This document shows positions 63,062 to 64,000 of a stretch of DNA of 64,000 bases, one piece after another; position 1 is the stretch's first letter, and every line of letters starts with the position of its first letter. The DNA comes from the human T2T-CHM13v2.0 reference genome, Homo sapiens. The notes below the pieces were generated by a model. The model saw nothing but the letters and a program-made list of their open reading frames with translations, was not told the DNA's origin and searched no databases. The stretch lies in assembly GCF_009914755.1 (NCBI RefSeq), contig NC_060930.1; one strand, given 5' to 3'. Made by a program: the position numbers and the translations under genes.

Positions 63062-64000
63062 ATGATAGGATCAAATTCACACATAACAATATTAACCTTA
63101 AATGTAAATGGGCTAAATGGCCCAATTAAAAGACACAGACTGACAAACTGTGTAAAGAGTCAAGACCCACTGGTGTGCTGTATTCAGGAGACCCATCTCA
63201 TGTGCAAAGACACACATAGGCTCAAAATAAAGGGATGGAAGAATATTTACCAAGCAAATGGAAAGCAAAACAAACAAACAACAACAAGAAAAAAAAACAG
63301 GGGTTGCAATCCTAGTCTCTGATAAAACAGACTTTAAACCGACAAAGATCAAAAAAGATGAAGAAGGGCATTACATAATGGTAAAAGGATCAATGCAACA
63401 AGAAGAGCTAATTGTCCTAAATATACATGTACCCAATACAGGAGCACCCAGATTCATAAAGCAAGTCCTTAGAGACCTACAAAGAGAATTAGACTTCCAC
63501 ACAACAATTGTGGGAGACTTTAACACTTCACTGTCAATATTAGACAGATCAATGAGACAGGAAATTAACAAGGATATTCAAGACTTGAACTCAGATCTGG
63601 AGCAAGTGGACCTAATAGACATCTATAGAACTCTCCACCCCAAATCAATAGAATATACATTCTTCTCAAAACCACATCGCACTTATTCTAAAATTGACCA
63701 CATAATTGGAAGTAAAACACTCCTCAGCAAATGGAAAATAATGGAAATCATAACAGTCTCTCAGACCACAGTGCAACCAAATTAGAACTCAAGATTAAGA
63801 AATTCACTCAAAACTGCACAACTGCGTGGAAACTGAACAACCTGCTCCTGAATGACTACTGGGTAAATAATGAAATTAAGGAAGAAATAAAGAAGTTATT
63901 TGAAACCAATGAGAACAAAAACACAATGTACCAGAATCTCTGGGACACAGCTAAAGCAGTGTTTAGAGGGAAATTTATAGCACCATATGCCCACAGGAGA
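63062..64000 (+). pseudogene. L1 ORF2p endonuclease-domain remnant (frameshifted)
   Basis: 'MIGSNSHITILTLNVNGLNGPIKRHRL..CCIQETHL', then in another frame 'GVAILVSDKTDFKPTKIK..VGDFNTSLS..YSKIDHIIG'. Confidence 0.95.

Larger units (their letters stand above)
60635..64000 (+). mobile_element. 5'-intact L1PA (PA7/PA8-like), continues beyond the window; inactive
   Basis: 5' UTR start 'caagatagccaaatagaaacaactc..gtgatttctgcatttccaactgaggtac', ~1.3-kb UTR, ORF1 and ORF2 remnants; left flank 'ttat|aaaaataagttt' looks like an L1 endonuclease site. Confidence 0.97.

Noticed and set aside
61975-64000. Retrotransposition-competent L1
   Set aside because: ORF1 and ORF2 are both broken by frameshifts or stops; old subfamily features

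Overview
Primate (most likely human) nuclear DNA: AT-rich, CpG-depleted, no CpG island, and no recognisable protein-coding exon, RNA gene or processed pseudogene. It reads as intergenic or deep-intronic sequence, roughly half of it transposable-element fossils. These are Alus (J, S and Y types), several L1 generations (L1M, L1MA, L1MB, L1MC-like, L1PA7/8-like including a 5'-intact copy running off the right edge), L2, MIR, MaLR/ERVL solo LTRs and DNA-transposon MITEs. The only ORFs with recognisable homology are decayed L1 ORF1/ORF2 pieces; the rest look like noise or Alu read-through. I found no evidence of a new biological system. The best second-look items are: (1) a ~34-bp young-L1 tail insertion with a perfect 11-bp target-site duplication (TSD) at 20172-20227; (2) a TSD-flanked L1PA whose reverse-transcriptase segment is fused directly to the extreme 3' end (37811-38592); (3) a ~125-bp microsatellite-based fold-back palindrome (24551-24677); (4) an EBF/HOX-CDX/TCF motif cluster in unique DNA (23771-24005); (5) several short perfect duplications and a few non-coding exon-like segments. 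Subfamily names come from remembered consensus sequences and need RepeatMasker/Dfam confirmation. Old-repeat boundaries are approximate.
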